A stretch of DNA of 64,000 nt, from the IMG/VR virus record IMGVR_UViG_3300037408_000506; one strand, written 5' to 3'. This DNA comes from a virus. The notes under the pieces were generated by a model. It did not search any database. It saw nothing but the letters and a program-made list of their open reading frames with translations, and was not told where the DNA came from. Below are positions 1 through 9,700 of this stretch, piece after piece (position 1 is the first letter of the stretch; every line of letters begins with the position of its first letter). The position numbers were made by a program, and so were the translations under genes.

Positions 1-1
1 G

Positions 2-481
2 ATAATCCTGGATCAAGGATCAGAGGTGTATCGCTCGTTGCATCCGATGATGTTCGAGCGGCTGGTGAACGCGCCCTCGTGGCTGGACAAGCCGGTCTTG
101 GCGGGGGTTATGCGGTGGCGTCGGGCCTCGATGGCCACGCCGGGATCGACCGCCAGCTATGAGCGTCGGTTGTACTTCGGGTGCGAGGGCGTGGTGAAGT
201 GCGCGGTGTTGATGGTCGCGGAGGGGATCAGCAACGGGCTGTTGATCAATCATGCGGCCTCGCAGATCCCGGACATGGGCGGGCGGTGGGCGGTCTATCC
301 GGTGAGCGTCATCAGCATGAATGGCATGGTGCCGGGCGTAGTGGGCACCCTGGCTGACTTCTGGATGGTGCCCGACGCGCTGGTCACAGGGGACTACTTC
401 CCCGGCGATGGGTCGCGGGAGTTGGCTGTGTTCCAGAGCGTCTTGCAGGGCAACGACGGCACCGCCGTCTCGATACCGTGA
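2..481 (+). CDS. 5'-truncated virion spike/fibre-type protein, cassette paralog A1
   Basis: Frame is open from the window edge. C-terminus (FERLVNAPSWLDKPVLAG...LQGNDGTAVSIP) is clearly paralogous to 1708..2742. Confidence 0.7.
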   Translation: MILDQGSEVYRSLHPMMFERLVNAPSWLDKPVLAGVMRWRRASMATPGSTASYERRLYFGCEGVVKCAVLMVAEGISNGLLINHAASQIPDMGGRWAVYPVSVISMNGMVPGVVGTLADFWMVPDALVTGDYFPGDGSRELAVFQSVLQGNDGTAVSIP

Positions 482-489
482 GGTGAGCG

Positions 490-1470
490 ATGGCAGGGTT
501 AACCAAGATCAAGACGTATGCGCTCAATCGGCATTTTGCCTATGCACCAATTAGTGCTGGCGATCAGTTCGGCATGAAGATGTGGCTGATCAAGGAGGCA
601 TTCCTCTACGGTACGGATGGGATCAAAGGGGGGCCTACCGCGTGGGAGGTCGTCGGAAGCTGCGATAGCGTCAATTTCAATATGTCAGGTACGGACTTGC
701 TAACCGGCCCATCGAAGTTTGTGAATTCGACGGGTAACCATTCGTGGATTGTGATGAGGCAACCGTTGCAGGGGGCCGCGCCGGGGTATCTCCAGGTGTG
801 CCTTGATTGGCCGTATACGTCGTCTGCTCCATCAGCATGTTATGTGTCGTTTTCTGTTGCGGCTGGGTACACGGGCGGGGCGCTCAATGCGAGACCGAAC
901 GCAACCGATCTGGTGATGGCGAACACGGCAACAGTGACAGCCACATCAGTGGTTGGCAGTTGCGGGGTGAACTGTATCAAGAGCACGGATGGCAAGGTCA
1001 TGCGGTTGATCTTTACGGTTGACGGGGTGTTGCAGACGAAGGCGTATTGGGCCTTTGAGGAGCTGTTGGACGTTGAGTCATACTGGACGAGCAAGACCAT
1101 TGTTACGGTCGCGCCGTTGACGCATGTGGGTTTGAACGGGACATCCAATCTGTTTAATTATCAGGGAGGCGGTCACTCCGGGCGCATGTCGTGGGCGAGT
1201 ACCATTGGCTATGCGTTGTCAGATGTGAATGCTGTTTCGATGATGCACCGCCCGGATTACGGCGGAGCCTGGCCGGTCTTCCCCTGCGGCGTGTTCAATG
1301 ATTTGGGGGCCAGCCGTGGCAAGCTTGGAAATTGCGCGGATCTGTATGCGACCTCGTACAATGTCCCCACGGGGGAGTATTACGCTGCGGCGGGCGGCGG
1401 GGACTTCCAGTTTGTGAACATTGGAGGCATCGTGTTCCCGTTGAACGGCGAACCCTTGGTGTTGCCGTAG
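490..1470 (+). CDS. Putative virion spike/fibre-type protein, cassette paralog B1
   Basis: 326 aa, beta-rich (G/S/T/W); paralog of 2751..3731 (KEAxLYGTDGIKGGP, RPDYGGAWP); GAGGTG SD upstream. Confidence 0.65.
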   Translation: MAGLTKIKTYALNRHFAYAPISAGDQFGMKMWLIKEAFLYGTDGIKGGPTAWEVVGSCDSVNFNMSGTDLLTGPSKFVNSTGNHSWIVMRQPLQGAAPGYLQVCLDWPYTSSAPSACYVSFSVAAGYTGGALNARPNATDLVMANTATVTATSVVGSCGVNCIKSTDGKVMRLIFTVDGVLQTKAYWAFEELLDVESYWTSKTIVTVAPLTHVGLNGTSNLFNYQGGGHSGRMSWASTIGYALSDVNAVSMMHRPDYGGAWPVFPCGVFNDLGASRGKLGNCADLYATSYNVPTGEYYAAAGGGDFQFVNIGGIVFPLNGEPLVLP

Positions 1471-1698
1471 ATGGCCGACCGGACGGGCACGGTCGGTGGG
1501 GGAGCGGTGGCGCGGGCGGACACGCGAGCGGACGGCGTAGATGGCATCATTGAGCCGGTGGTCCGAACTGATCCTATGCTGGAGAGCACGTTGGGGGATG
1601 GCACGGTGGATCTGGTCAAGTGGGAGGGCAGTTGCCCCGAGGATTACGGTGAGATCGTGCGTATTGTACCGCGTCTAGTGCGGGCGTGGCACGGGTAA
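1471..1698 (+). CDS. Small cassette protein C1
   Basis: 75 aa; shares GxVDLxKWEGxCPxxYGxxxRxxPxLVR with 3731..3904. Confidence 0.6.
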   Translation: MADRTGTVGGGAVARADTRADGVDGIIEPVVRTDPMLESTLGDGTVDLVKWEGSCPEDYGEIVRIVPRLVRAWHG

Positions 1699-1707
1699 GG
1701 AGCGGAC

Positions 1708-2742
1708 ATGGCGGCACCAGTGAGGACGAAGACCTGGACGAAGTATTCGACGTATGTGGCCACCGCAGATGGGCCGCCGCCGCAGCCTGGTCAGAATGTT
1801 AGCGAGAGCGCCTCACGGGAGGTCTTCTATCGGCTGAAGGCGACGTTCCTCGCGGCGGGGTGGACGGTGGTGTCGAGCTGCGGAAAATACGACGATGGGG
1901 GCGGGGAGGCGTGGCATTACGGGGCGACGGACCACTGGCCCAATGCGGTGGCCGTCAGATGGAAGGAAGCGGACAACAAGTTCGGGTGGATCGTGCTCAG
2001 GAATACGCACTTGCACGCGGGAGGTGCGGGGTTCCAGGTGTGCATTGCGTTTAATACAGCGACGGTCAACTCGACTCAGACGGGGACCATGGCGTTCTCG
2101 TGCGAGGGCGGGTTCACGGGCGGGAGTGAGACGGCGCGGCCCACGGCGACGGATGAAGTGCTGGTGTTCAACAATCAGCAGTGGACGGGATATGTCTACA
2201 GCTCGTTTGAAAACAACACGATGAACATTTGGTACACCAGCGACGGCACGTCGTTTCGGGTGTGGTGGGGCAACGGGCTGAGTAATTTGATCTTGAACGT
2301 CAATCCGCCGTGGCTGTTCGAGCGGTTGGTGGACGCGCCGAGTTGGATGGACAAGCCGGTGGTGGCGGGGTGCATGCGCTGGGATATGGCGGAGATGTTC
2401 CAGACGAATCCGGCCAATGGTCCACGTCGTTTGTACTTCTGCTGCGATGAATTTCTCAAGTGCGAGGCCATGCTCTCGGCGGAGGCGAACAATGCCGGGG
2501 TGCTGATCAAGCACACGGCGTGTCAGGTGCCCGATCTGGGTGGGCGATGGCCCGTGTTTCCGGTGTCCGTGATCAGCCTGTCGCCCCTGGTGAATGGTTG
2601 CGTTGGGAAGCTGGCGGACATGTGGGCGGTACCGCAGGCGTTGGCGTTTGGGGACTACATGCCGGGGGACGGTAGTAGGCAGTTCGCCGTGATGCACGAT
2701 CTCTTGTTGGGCAACGACGGGACCGCCGTCATGCTGCCGTGA
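1708..2742 (+). CDS. Putative virion spike/fibre-type protein, cassette paralog A2
   Basis: 344 aa; AAGGAG SD; paralog of 2..481; shares GGFxGGxxxxRPxATD with the B proteins. Confidence 0.65.
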   Translation: MAAPVRTKTWTKYSTYVATADGPPPQPGQNVSESASREVFYRLKATFLAAGWTVVSSCGKYDDGGGEAWHYGATDHWPNAVAVRWKEADNKFGWIVLRNTHLHAGGAGFQVCIAFNTATVNSTQTGTMAFSCEGGFTGGSETARPTATDEVLVFNNQQWTGYVYSSFENNTMNIWYTSDGTSFRVWWGNGLSNLILNVNPPWLFERLVDAPSWMDKPVVAGCMRWDMAEMFQTNPANGPRRLYFCCDEFLKCEAMLSAEANNAGVLIKHTACQVPDLGGRWPVFPVSVISLSPLVNGCVGKLADMWAVPQALAFGDYMPGDGSRQFAVMHDLLLGNDGTAVMLP

Positions 2743-2750
2743 GGTGAAGG

Positions 2751-3731
2751 ATGGGCCTGACTACGATCAAGACCTACGCGAACAAGTTGCTGTACACGCT
2801 CGGGCCGTTGTCGACGTTGGATACGCAGAAGGAGCAGGGATATCTCCTCAAGGAAGCGCTGCTCTACGGCACGGACGGGATCAAGGGTGGACCTGCCGCG
2901 TGGGCGGTCGTCGGCAGTAGCGATGGGTCGGCGGCGGGGATGGACGCGGTGGATCGCTGGACGGATCGCACGAAGGTCGTGATGGGCACGGGGAACCATT
3001 CGTGGGTCGTCGTGCAGCAACCAGCGCTGGGCTCTGCGCCGGGCTACTTGCAGGTGTGCATTGACTTTAACTCGGCGACGACGACAACGTTAAGTGTTGT
3101 GTTTTCGCGTGCGGCTGGGTTTACGGGGGGGAGTATCAGTGCGCGTCCAACGGCCACGGATCAGGTCGTCATCGCAGAGGCCGCTAATTTGTTCTTTGGG
3201 GATACGGCAAGCTCTAGTTGCGGCATCAACTGCCTGAAAAGTACGGACGGCAAGGTCACGCGGTTGTTTCGGTCAGTGAATGGCACGCTTGTTTCTACGT
3301 ATCGGTACTATTGGTTCATGGAGCAGCTCAACCATGTGGAGACGTACTGGCCCAGCGATTGCGTGGTGGGCGTGTGCGCCATGTCGATCAGCGGGGTGGC
3401 CGCGAATTCGCACATCTTCACGCAGCAGGGCAGCTCGCATGCGGGGCGCATGACCTGGGAGGGCTACACGAGTTATCAACTGTCCTATGCCACTGGCATC
3501 TCGGGCATGCTGCGTCCGGATTACGGTGGCGCGTGGCCCGCCTTCCCCTGTGGATTGCTCGTGGACACCGGGGTGAACAAGGGCAAGATTGGCGACTTCT
3601 TCGACCTGTGGGCTGCGCCGGAGACGATGCCCAGTTACGAGTACCTGGCGGGCAGCGGGGGTGATTTCGAGTTCGTCAACATAGGCGGCATCGTACAGCC
3701 TTGGGTGGGTACGACGCTGATTGTGCCGTAG
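2751..3731 (+). CDS. Putative virion spike/fibre-type protein, cassette paralog B2
   Basis: 326 aa, same length as and paralogous to 490..1470. Confidence 0.65.
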   Translation: MGLTTIKTYANKLLYTLGPLSTLDTQKEQGYLLKEALLYGTDGIKGGPAAWAVVGSSDGSAAGMDAVDRWTDRTKVVMGTGNHSWVVVQQPALGSAPGYLQVCIDFNSATTTTLSVVFSRAAGFTGGSISARPTATDQVVIAEAANLFFGDTASSSCGINCLKSTDGKVTRLFRSVNGTLVSTYRYYWFMEQLNHVETYWPSDCVVGVCAMSISGVAANSHIFTQQGSSHAGRMTWEGYTSYQLSYATGISGMLRPDYGGAWPAFPCGLLVDTGVNKGKIGDFFDLWAAPETMPSYEYLAGSGGDFEFVNIGGIVQPWVGTTLIVP

Positions 3732-3904
3732 TGGCCAACCTGGAGGGCAACGTGGCCGGGGGCGGCGTGGAAGAGGCCGACGCGGAGTTGGAGGGTGTGG
3801 TGGCCGGGGGCGGCGTGGATCTCTCGAAGTGGGAGGGCGGCTGTCCGCCGAGTTACGGCGATGTGGGGCGGGCGATGCCGAAGTTGGTGCGTTTGGACCC
3901 TTGA
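3731..3904 (+). CDS. Small cassette protein C2
   Basis: GTG start overlaps the TAG of B2; paralog of C1; internal VAGGGV duplication. Confidence 0.55.
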   Translation: MANLEGNVAGGGVEEADAELEGVVAGGGVDLSKWEGGCPPSYGDVGRAMPKLVRLDP

Positions 3905-3936
3905 TCCGCTACTCTGTCTGAAGACAGGAGCACGGC

Positions 3937-5493
3937 ATGGCGCAGGCGAGCAATACCGGACGATTCCAGTGGCCGATCCCGCCGTGGAACGCCGACTGGC
4001 AGAAGTGGCAGCAGATGTTCGGGACGTTCGCCCACGGGGTGGACGCCTGCGTCTTCGGCATCCTGGAGCACATCACGGTGCTCGCCAAGACGCTCCCGAG
4101 CGCGGTGATCATCGACCCGGGGACGCATGTGTTCGCGCAGAACGCGGCGGCGGTCTTCGTCTCGCGGACCCTGCACACCCAGATCAGCGTGGGGCCGACG
4201 GCCCTGACGTTGATTCCGGGCGCCCTGGTGGGGGCGAGCCTCCAGCCGGGGGCGGTGGGGCCGCAGCAGGTGGACTGGGAGCTGTACGACGGCTCCACGC
4301 CCATCGACCCGTCGATTGTGGTGTTCGGCGTGGTCGGGGACGACTATGCGATCCGCTGGTACAATGGGGCGCGGCTGCCGCTGGGCACGGCCATGGTGCT
4401 GTTCGACTTCCCGGGCGGGAGCGGGCCGGGCGGGGGTTTGGACCCAGCGCCGTTCCTGACGCTATCGGTGAACACGGTCCTGACCGAGGCGCAGAACGGG
4501 CAGTACTTCGAGACGTACAATGTCGGGGGCACGGTGCGCGTGACGCTGCCGACCGATCCCACGGACGGCATGCAGTACACGGTGTGCGCGGGGCCGAACA
4601 CGACCACCATCCTGGCGGCGGGCGGATCGAACGGCATCCTCTGGCCGCAGTCCACGGTGGGAGCGCCCCTGGTGCCGGACCTGCGGGCGTTGACGACGGG
4701 GCCGAATCCGGTGCGCCTGACCGTGACGGCGAAGGATCTGACGGCCCTGGGGGTGGCGGAGATCGCGTGGATCGCGACGTCGGCGACGGGGCTGTGGACC
4801 GACGCGGTGAGCGGCAAGGCGTTCGACTTCAGCTTCCCGGTGACGGTGGGCAGTGGCCTGCTGATGGACGACGCACTGGTGGGGGCGAAGACGGTGGGCG
4901 GGGCGCTGGCGCTGGTCCGGGATGCGGCGGCGGTGACGCCCTTCCGGTTGCAGTGCGAGGGCGACACGCACCTGAGCAGCGTGGACATGACGGTGACGCG
5001 AACCCAGGTTCGCGCCCTGCTGGAGAGCTACCACGGGTCGACCTCGGTGGCCCCGGTGACGTTCACGGTGAACACCACGGGGTTCGCCCCGGTGGCGGAC
5101 GACGGCTGGATCGCCACGTTCAAGGTGGGGGCCAACTCGGCGGGGGCGCCGGTGCCGATCCTGGTCCAGAACGAGGGCGCGGTGGCCCAGATCGCGGTGG
5201 GGGCCGCCCGGTTCGTCCACAGCATCGCGTGCGCGCAGTTGGGCGCGACGGTGCATCTGCGCTATACGGGCAACCCGCTGAGTTCGCGGGGCCAGTTCCA
5301 GGTCATTGCGGGGTCGGGCACCTGGACGGACAACCTGGGGGGGACGCATGTGTTCGACGCGATCAGCGCGTTGAGCGGCGTCGTCAATCCCAACGGGGTG
5401 GTGACCGGCATCCTGGGGCAGTCGTACTACCAGACCGGGGTGGGGGTGTTCTGGATCAACGTAGACGGCAGCACGGAATGGATCGTACAGTAG
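3937..5493 (+). CDS. Putative tail fibre/minor tail protein
   Basis: 518 aa, V/T/G-rich; VTLPxxPTDG fibre motif; C-terminal NPNGVVTG module shared with 5547..6692; CAGGAG SD. Confidence 0.6.
   Translation: MAQASNTGRFQWPIPPWNADWQKWQQMFGTFAHGVDACVFGILEHITVLAKTLPSAVIIDPGTHVFAQNAAAVFVSRTLHTQISVGPTALTLIPGALVGASLQPGAVGPQQVDWELYDGSTPIDPSIVVFGVVGDDYAIRWYNGARLPLGTAMVLFDFPGGSGPGGGLDPAPFLTLSVNTVLTEAQNGQYFETYNVGGTVRVTLPTDPTDGMQYTVCAGPNTTTILAAGGSNGILWPQSTVGAPLVPDLRALTTGPNPVRLTVTAKDLTALGVAEIAWIATSATGLWTDAVSGKAFDFSFPVTVGSGLLMDDALVGAKTVGGALALVRDAAAVTPFRLQCEGDTHLSSVDMTVTRTQVRALLESYHGSTSVAPVTFTVNTTGFAPVADDGWIATFKVGANSAGAPVPILVQNEGAVAQIAVGAARFVHSIACAQLGATVHLRYTGNPLSSRGQFQVIAGSGTWTDNLGGTHVFDAISALSGVVNPNGVVTGILGQSYYQTGVGVFWINVDGSTEWIVQ
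4998..5013. promoter_or_regulatory. 16-bp palindrome copy 1 (inside CDS)
   Basis: GCGAACCCAGGTTCGC, encoded within TRTQVR of 3937..5493. Confidence 0.7.
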
Positions 5494-5546
5494 CGTAAAG
5501 TTACACGGTTCCCGGCAATGTCGCCGGGCCACAAAGGAGTTCACCA

Positions 5547-6692
5547 ATGGCAGGGTTCACCAGTCCGTATCGCTACCACAATTTCATCGGCAATCACGTA
5601 GACGCAGCAGCCGCCACCACGTTCTTCCAGACCACCCTGGGCTGGGGCACGCTGGGCGCAGCGGTCGGCCTCGGCGTCACCTACTGGGATGACACCGACG
5701 CGCTGCTCAAGGTCTGGGACGGATCGGCCTGGTCCGCCATGGAGGCCGCGACCCCGACCCTGAGCGAGGTGCTCACGGCGGGCGCGGACGCAGGTGCGAC
5801 CACCATCACCAATCTCGGCGCACCGACTCTCGCCGACGACGCGGCGACCAAGGCGTACGTGGATAGCGTGGCCACGGGCCTCATGTGGAAGCCCCCGGTC
5901 CTCGTGATCAATATGGTGAGCGACGCCGATCAGGGTGCCGCTGACCCGACAGGGATGTCAGCAGGCGACTGCTACGTCGTGAACAACTGGGCCACCGAGG
6001 ATGATGGTGACATCGTAGAGTGGAGTGGCACCGCGTGGGTACTGATCCAGGCCAACACGGCGGGCGAGCCTGCCGATGGCACCCGCGTGGTCGTGAAGGC
6101 GACCGGTGGGGCCGGATCGTTCGCGACCCACGGCAAGAAGATCGCGACCTACAACGCCACCACGGACACCTGGGCAGTCGAGGCCCCGGCAGACGGTTGG
6201 GCGGCGCTCGTCACAGGCAACGGCGGCATCTGGAGCGACACCGGCTGGACCTACAACGGCACCGACTGGGTGCAGTTCACAGGCGCGGGCCAGATCAACG
6301 CGGGTTCCGGTCTCACCAAGACCGGCAACACCCTGAACGTCGGGCGCGGCGACGGTATCTCGGTCGGCAACGACACCGTGAACGTCGACCTGACCGCCAG
6401 CAACCCCGGCTTGGAGCTGACCGGCACCTCGGGCAGCAAGACCCTGCAAGTCCAGGCGGACGGCGCCCACGGTATCGTGCGCGGCGCGTCCGGCGTCGAG
6501 ATCGAGCTGGCGGCCACGGCGGCCAAGGGCGGCCTGGTCGTCGACTCCGATGGCGTGCGCTCGATGCAGTTCAACGCGGGCAACCCCAACAGCGTCGTGA
6601 CCGGCGTGCTGGGCGAGTTCTGCCTGGATACCACCAGCAAGGTGCTCTACGTCTGCACGACGGCGGGCAGCGCGAACTGGAACGTGGTCTGA
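5547..6692 (+). CDS. Virion fibre/decoration protein, paralog of 24792..26174
   Basis: AATKAYVDSVATGLMWKPPVL...WVQFTGAGQINAGSGLTKTGNTL phage fibre block; AAGGAG SD. Confidence 0.7.
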   Translation: MAGFTSPYRYHNFIGNHVDAAAATTFFQTTLGWGTLGAAVGLGVTYWDDTDALLKVWDGSAWSAMEAATPTLSEVLTAGADAGATTITNLGAPTLADDAATKAYVDSVATGLMWKPPVLVINMVSDADQGAADPTGMSAGDCYVVNNWATEDDGDIVEWSGTAWVLIQANTAGEPADGTRVVVKATGGAGSFATHGKKIATYNATTDTWAVEAPADGWAALVTGNGGIWSDTGWTYNGTDWVQFTGAGQINAGSGLTKTGNTLNVGRGDGISVGNDTVNVDLTASNPGLELTGTSGSKTLQVQADGAHGIVRGASGVEIELAATAAKGGLVVDSDGVRSMQFNAGNPNSVVTGVLGEFCLDTTSKVLYVCTTAGSANWNVV

Positions 6693-6707
6693 CGAGTTCG
6701 GGAGCTT

Positions 6708-6768
6708 GTGGGGTCGGGTAGGCTGTCTCTTCTGCTTTTCTCCTCGGGCTACCCGGCCCCACCTTTTT
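6708..6768 (+). terminator. Intrinsic terminator-like hairpin
   Basis: 14-bp stem GTGGGGTCGGGTAG (6708-6721) / CTACCCGGCCCCAC (6749-6762) with one G-U pair, followed by CTTTTT; unusually long pyrimidine-rich loop. Confidence 0.6.
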
Positions 6769-6791
6769 GCGCTGCGCGATGAGGTGCCTGC

Positions 6792-9700
6792 ATGAGTTTG
6801 ACCATGCCCTACGGGCAGAACCACTACATGGGCGAGTGCGCCACCGAGTCGGCGGCGCTGGTCTGGATTCGCGACAACAAGTGGGACAGCGCGGGGAACG
6901 GTACCGGCAATCCGCAGGCGGGCATGGCCTTCTTCGATACGGGGGCGACCAAGCTCAAGGTGCATGACGGCAGCGCGTGGGTGGCGCTGGGATCGGCCAC
7001 GCCCGGTGGGTCGTCGGGACAGATTCAGTACAACAACAGTTCGGCGTTCGGTGGGGCCTCGCAGTTGTACTGGGACAGCGGGAATGCGGGCTTGGCCTAT
7101 GGCAAGACCACGGTGGACGGATCGCGGATCGATGTGGTGACGGTCGAGGGGACGTATCCGTACCAGGCGACGATGCACGGCAGCAATCAGTCCTATGGCT
7201 GCTTCGTGTCGATTCGCAAGGCGCGGGGCTCGCAGGGGTCGGAGACGACCGTGGCCGATGGCGATCCCATCGGTGGGGTTTCGTTGCGAGCGTATGGGTC
7301 GGCGTATACGACGGTGGCCGCGATCAAGGCCACGGTCAGCGGCACGGTGTCCGGGAACAACATCCCGACCAAGTTGGAGTTGCAGACGCACAATGGCACC
7401 GCGTTTGATACGCGGGTGCTCATTACCGCCGCAGGCAAGGTGGGCATCGCCAATGCGTCCCCCGTGGCGTTGCTCGCGTTAGGCACGGCGGGAACGACAG
7501 CGGGCTCGCTGAGCCTGGCCGGGGCCACGAGCGGCACCTGTACGATCCAGGTGGCGGCGGCAGCGGGCACGGTCACGTTCCAGTTGCCCTCGACTAACGG
7601 GACGAACGGGTACTACCTCCAGACGAACGGGAGCGGGGTGACGTCGTGGGCGCAGGTGACGGCCGCCGCAGCGGGCAGCACGGGCTACGTGCAGTTCAAC
7701 AATGCGGGCGCACTGGCGGGAGACGCGGCGTTCTTCTGGGACAACACCAACAAGCGACTGGGCATCGGCTGCACCGATCCGGTCAATGCGGTGGAGATCA
7801 GCAAGGACACGGCGAACACGTCGATGTTCGCGAGCGTGTTCAGCAGTTCAACGAACTATGCCAGCGTCTATGTGCAGCGCGGCAGGGGGACGAGAGCGTC
7901 AAAATCGGCAGTGCAATCGGGCGACCGACTGGGGCAGTTTGGCTTCGCCGGATATTACGATACGTCCGGCAACTACGGGTGTGCGTTCGTCGCGGCCTAC
8001 GCCACGGAGAACTGGGGGGCCGGGGCGCGAGGGTCGGATCTGCGGTTTGAGGTGACGGCAGCGACGACGGCGACGGTGTCCGAGCGCATGCGGATCACGA
8101 GTGCGGGCAATGTGTTCATCGGCACGACGGCTGGCGTCAGCGTTGGAGCGACGACCCAGACGCATCCGTTGATCGTATACGGGACGGATGCTACCCCGCA
8201 ATTCAACGGGATCATCAGCGAAGGCGGGGCCTGTCCGGGGCGGTTCAATGGTCACAGGCACAACGGGACATATGGTACTAAAACGGCAGTGGCCACGACA
8301 CAGAATATATTGGCCATCAATGCGCTAGGCTGGGATGGCGGGACAACACCGACTTATGTAAATGCAGCGGCTATCTCCTTTACAGTTGATGGCACGGTGG
8401 CCGAGGATTCCGTTCCTGGCAAAATCATCTTCTACACTCGTGAGGTGGGGAACACGGTCGGTCCTTACGAGCGCATGGTGATTACGAATGCGGGTAGGGT
8501 TGGTATTGGAAACAATGCCCCTAGTGCGATGCTCACGCTTGGTACGAATGGCATTATCTCTGGAGCCATTGATCTGTTGGGCGCGACCAGCGGCACCTGC
8601 ACCGTTCGTGTGGCAGCGGTGGCAGGCACGAGCACGGTCTTCCAGCTACCAGTGACCAACGGAACGAACGGGTATTTTCTCAGGACGGATGGGACAGGCG
8701 TGACGAGTTGGGCGGCGGTCTCCGCTACGCCAGCGGGGAGCAACACGCAGGTCCAGTACAACAACAGCGGAGCGTTTGGAGCGTCGGCGAACTTCACGTT
8801 TTCAGGGACGACGCTCACGGTCGGCGGGGACAGCGCGTTGGCCTACTCGTATGTGGAGTGCTACGGCACATCCTATACCCCGAGTGCCGTCACACGGCGG
8901 GGGCGGGGATCGCGAGCGACCCCAACGGCGGTGAACAGTGGCGACGTCCTGGGTGTCGTGAACTGGCAGGGACACGATGGGAGTGGGTGGGGCAACGCGG
9001 CCTTCATCCAGGCGAACGCGGAGAACAACTTCTCCGGGAGCTACCACCAGGCGAGCCTGCTGTTCTACATGATGAACGGCGTGAGCCAGACGGAGCGGAT
9101 GCGGCTGACGAGCGCGGGCAAGCTGGGCATTGCCAACGTCTCGCCGAGCGCCCTGCTCACGTTGGGGACAGCCGGGACCACGGCGGGCACATTGAGCCTG
9201 GCGGGGTCAAGCAGCGGGACGTGTACGGTCCAGGTCGCAGCGGCGGCAGGGACGACGACGTTCCAGTTGCCCGCCAGCAATGGGACGAACGGGTATTTCC
9301 TCCAGACGAATGGGTCGGGCGTGACGACGTGGGCGGCTGCATCGGTGACGCCCGCAGGATCGAACTACCAGCTTCAGTATTACAACAGCGGCGCGTTTGG
9401 AGCGTCGGCCAACCTCACCTGGGATGGCACGTCCAGGTTGTACGTGTACGGGGATGGGAACTACGCGACGGTTGAGACGTGGTGTTACGCGACGGGGACA
9501 ACAACCGCTGCGATCCATGGGTACTACAGGTTCAATGGCTCGAAGTCCTCGTACAGCGCCGTGACGACGGGAGACATCTTAGGCGAAGAGTTGTTCCATG
9601 GGTCGTACAATGCCTCTTCCTACGCTGTTGGGTGGCGCGTGGGAGCGGTGGCGAAGTCGTCGTGGTCGTCAGGGAATCAGCCGAGCTATTTCCGGTTCAT

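Noticed and set aside
1465-1476. Amber readthrough fusing B1 to C1 (TAG directly followed by in-frame ATG)
   Set aside because: In the duplicate cassette C2 starts in a different frame (GTG overlapping TAG at 3731), so the in-frame arrangement is not conserved.
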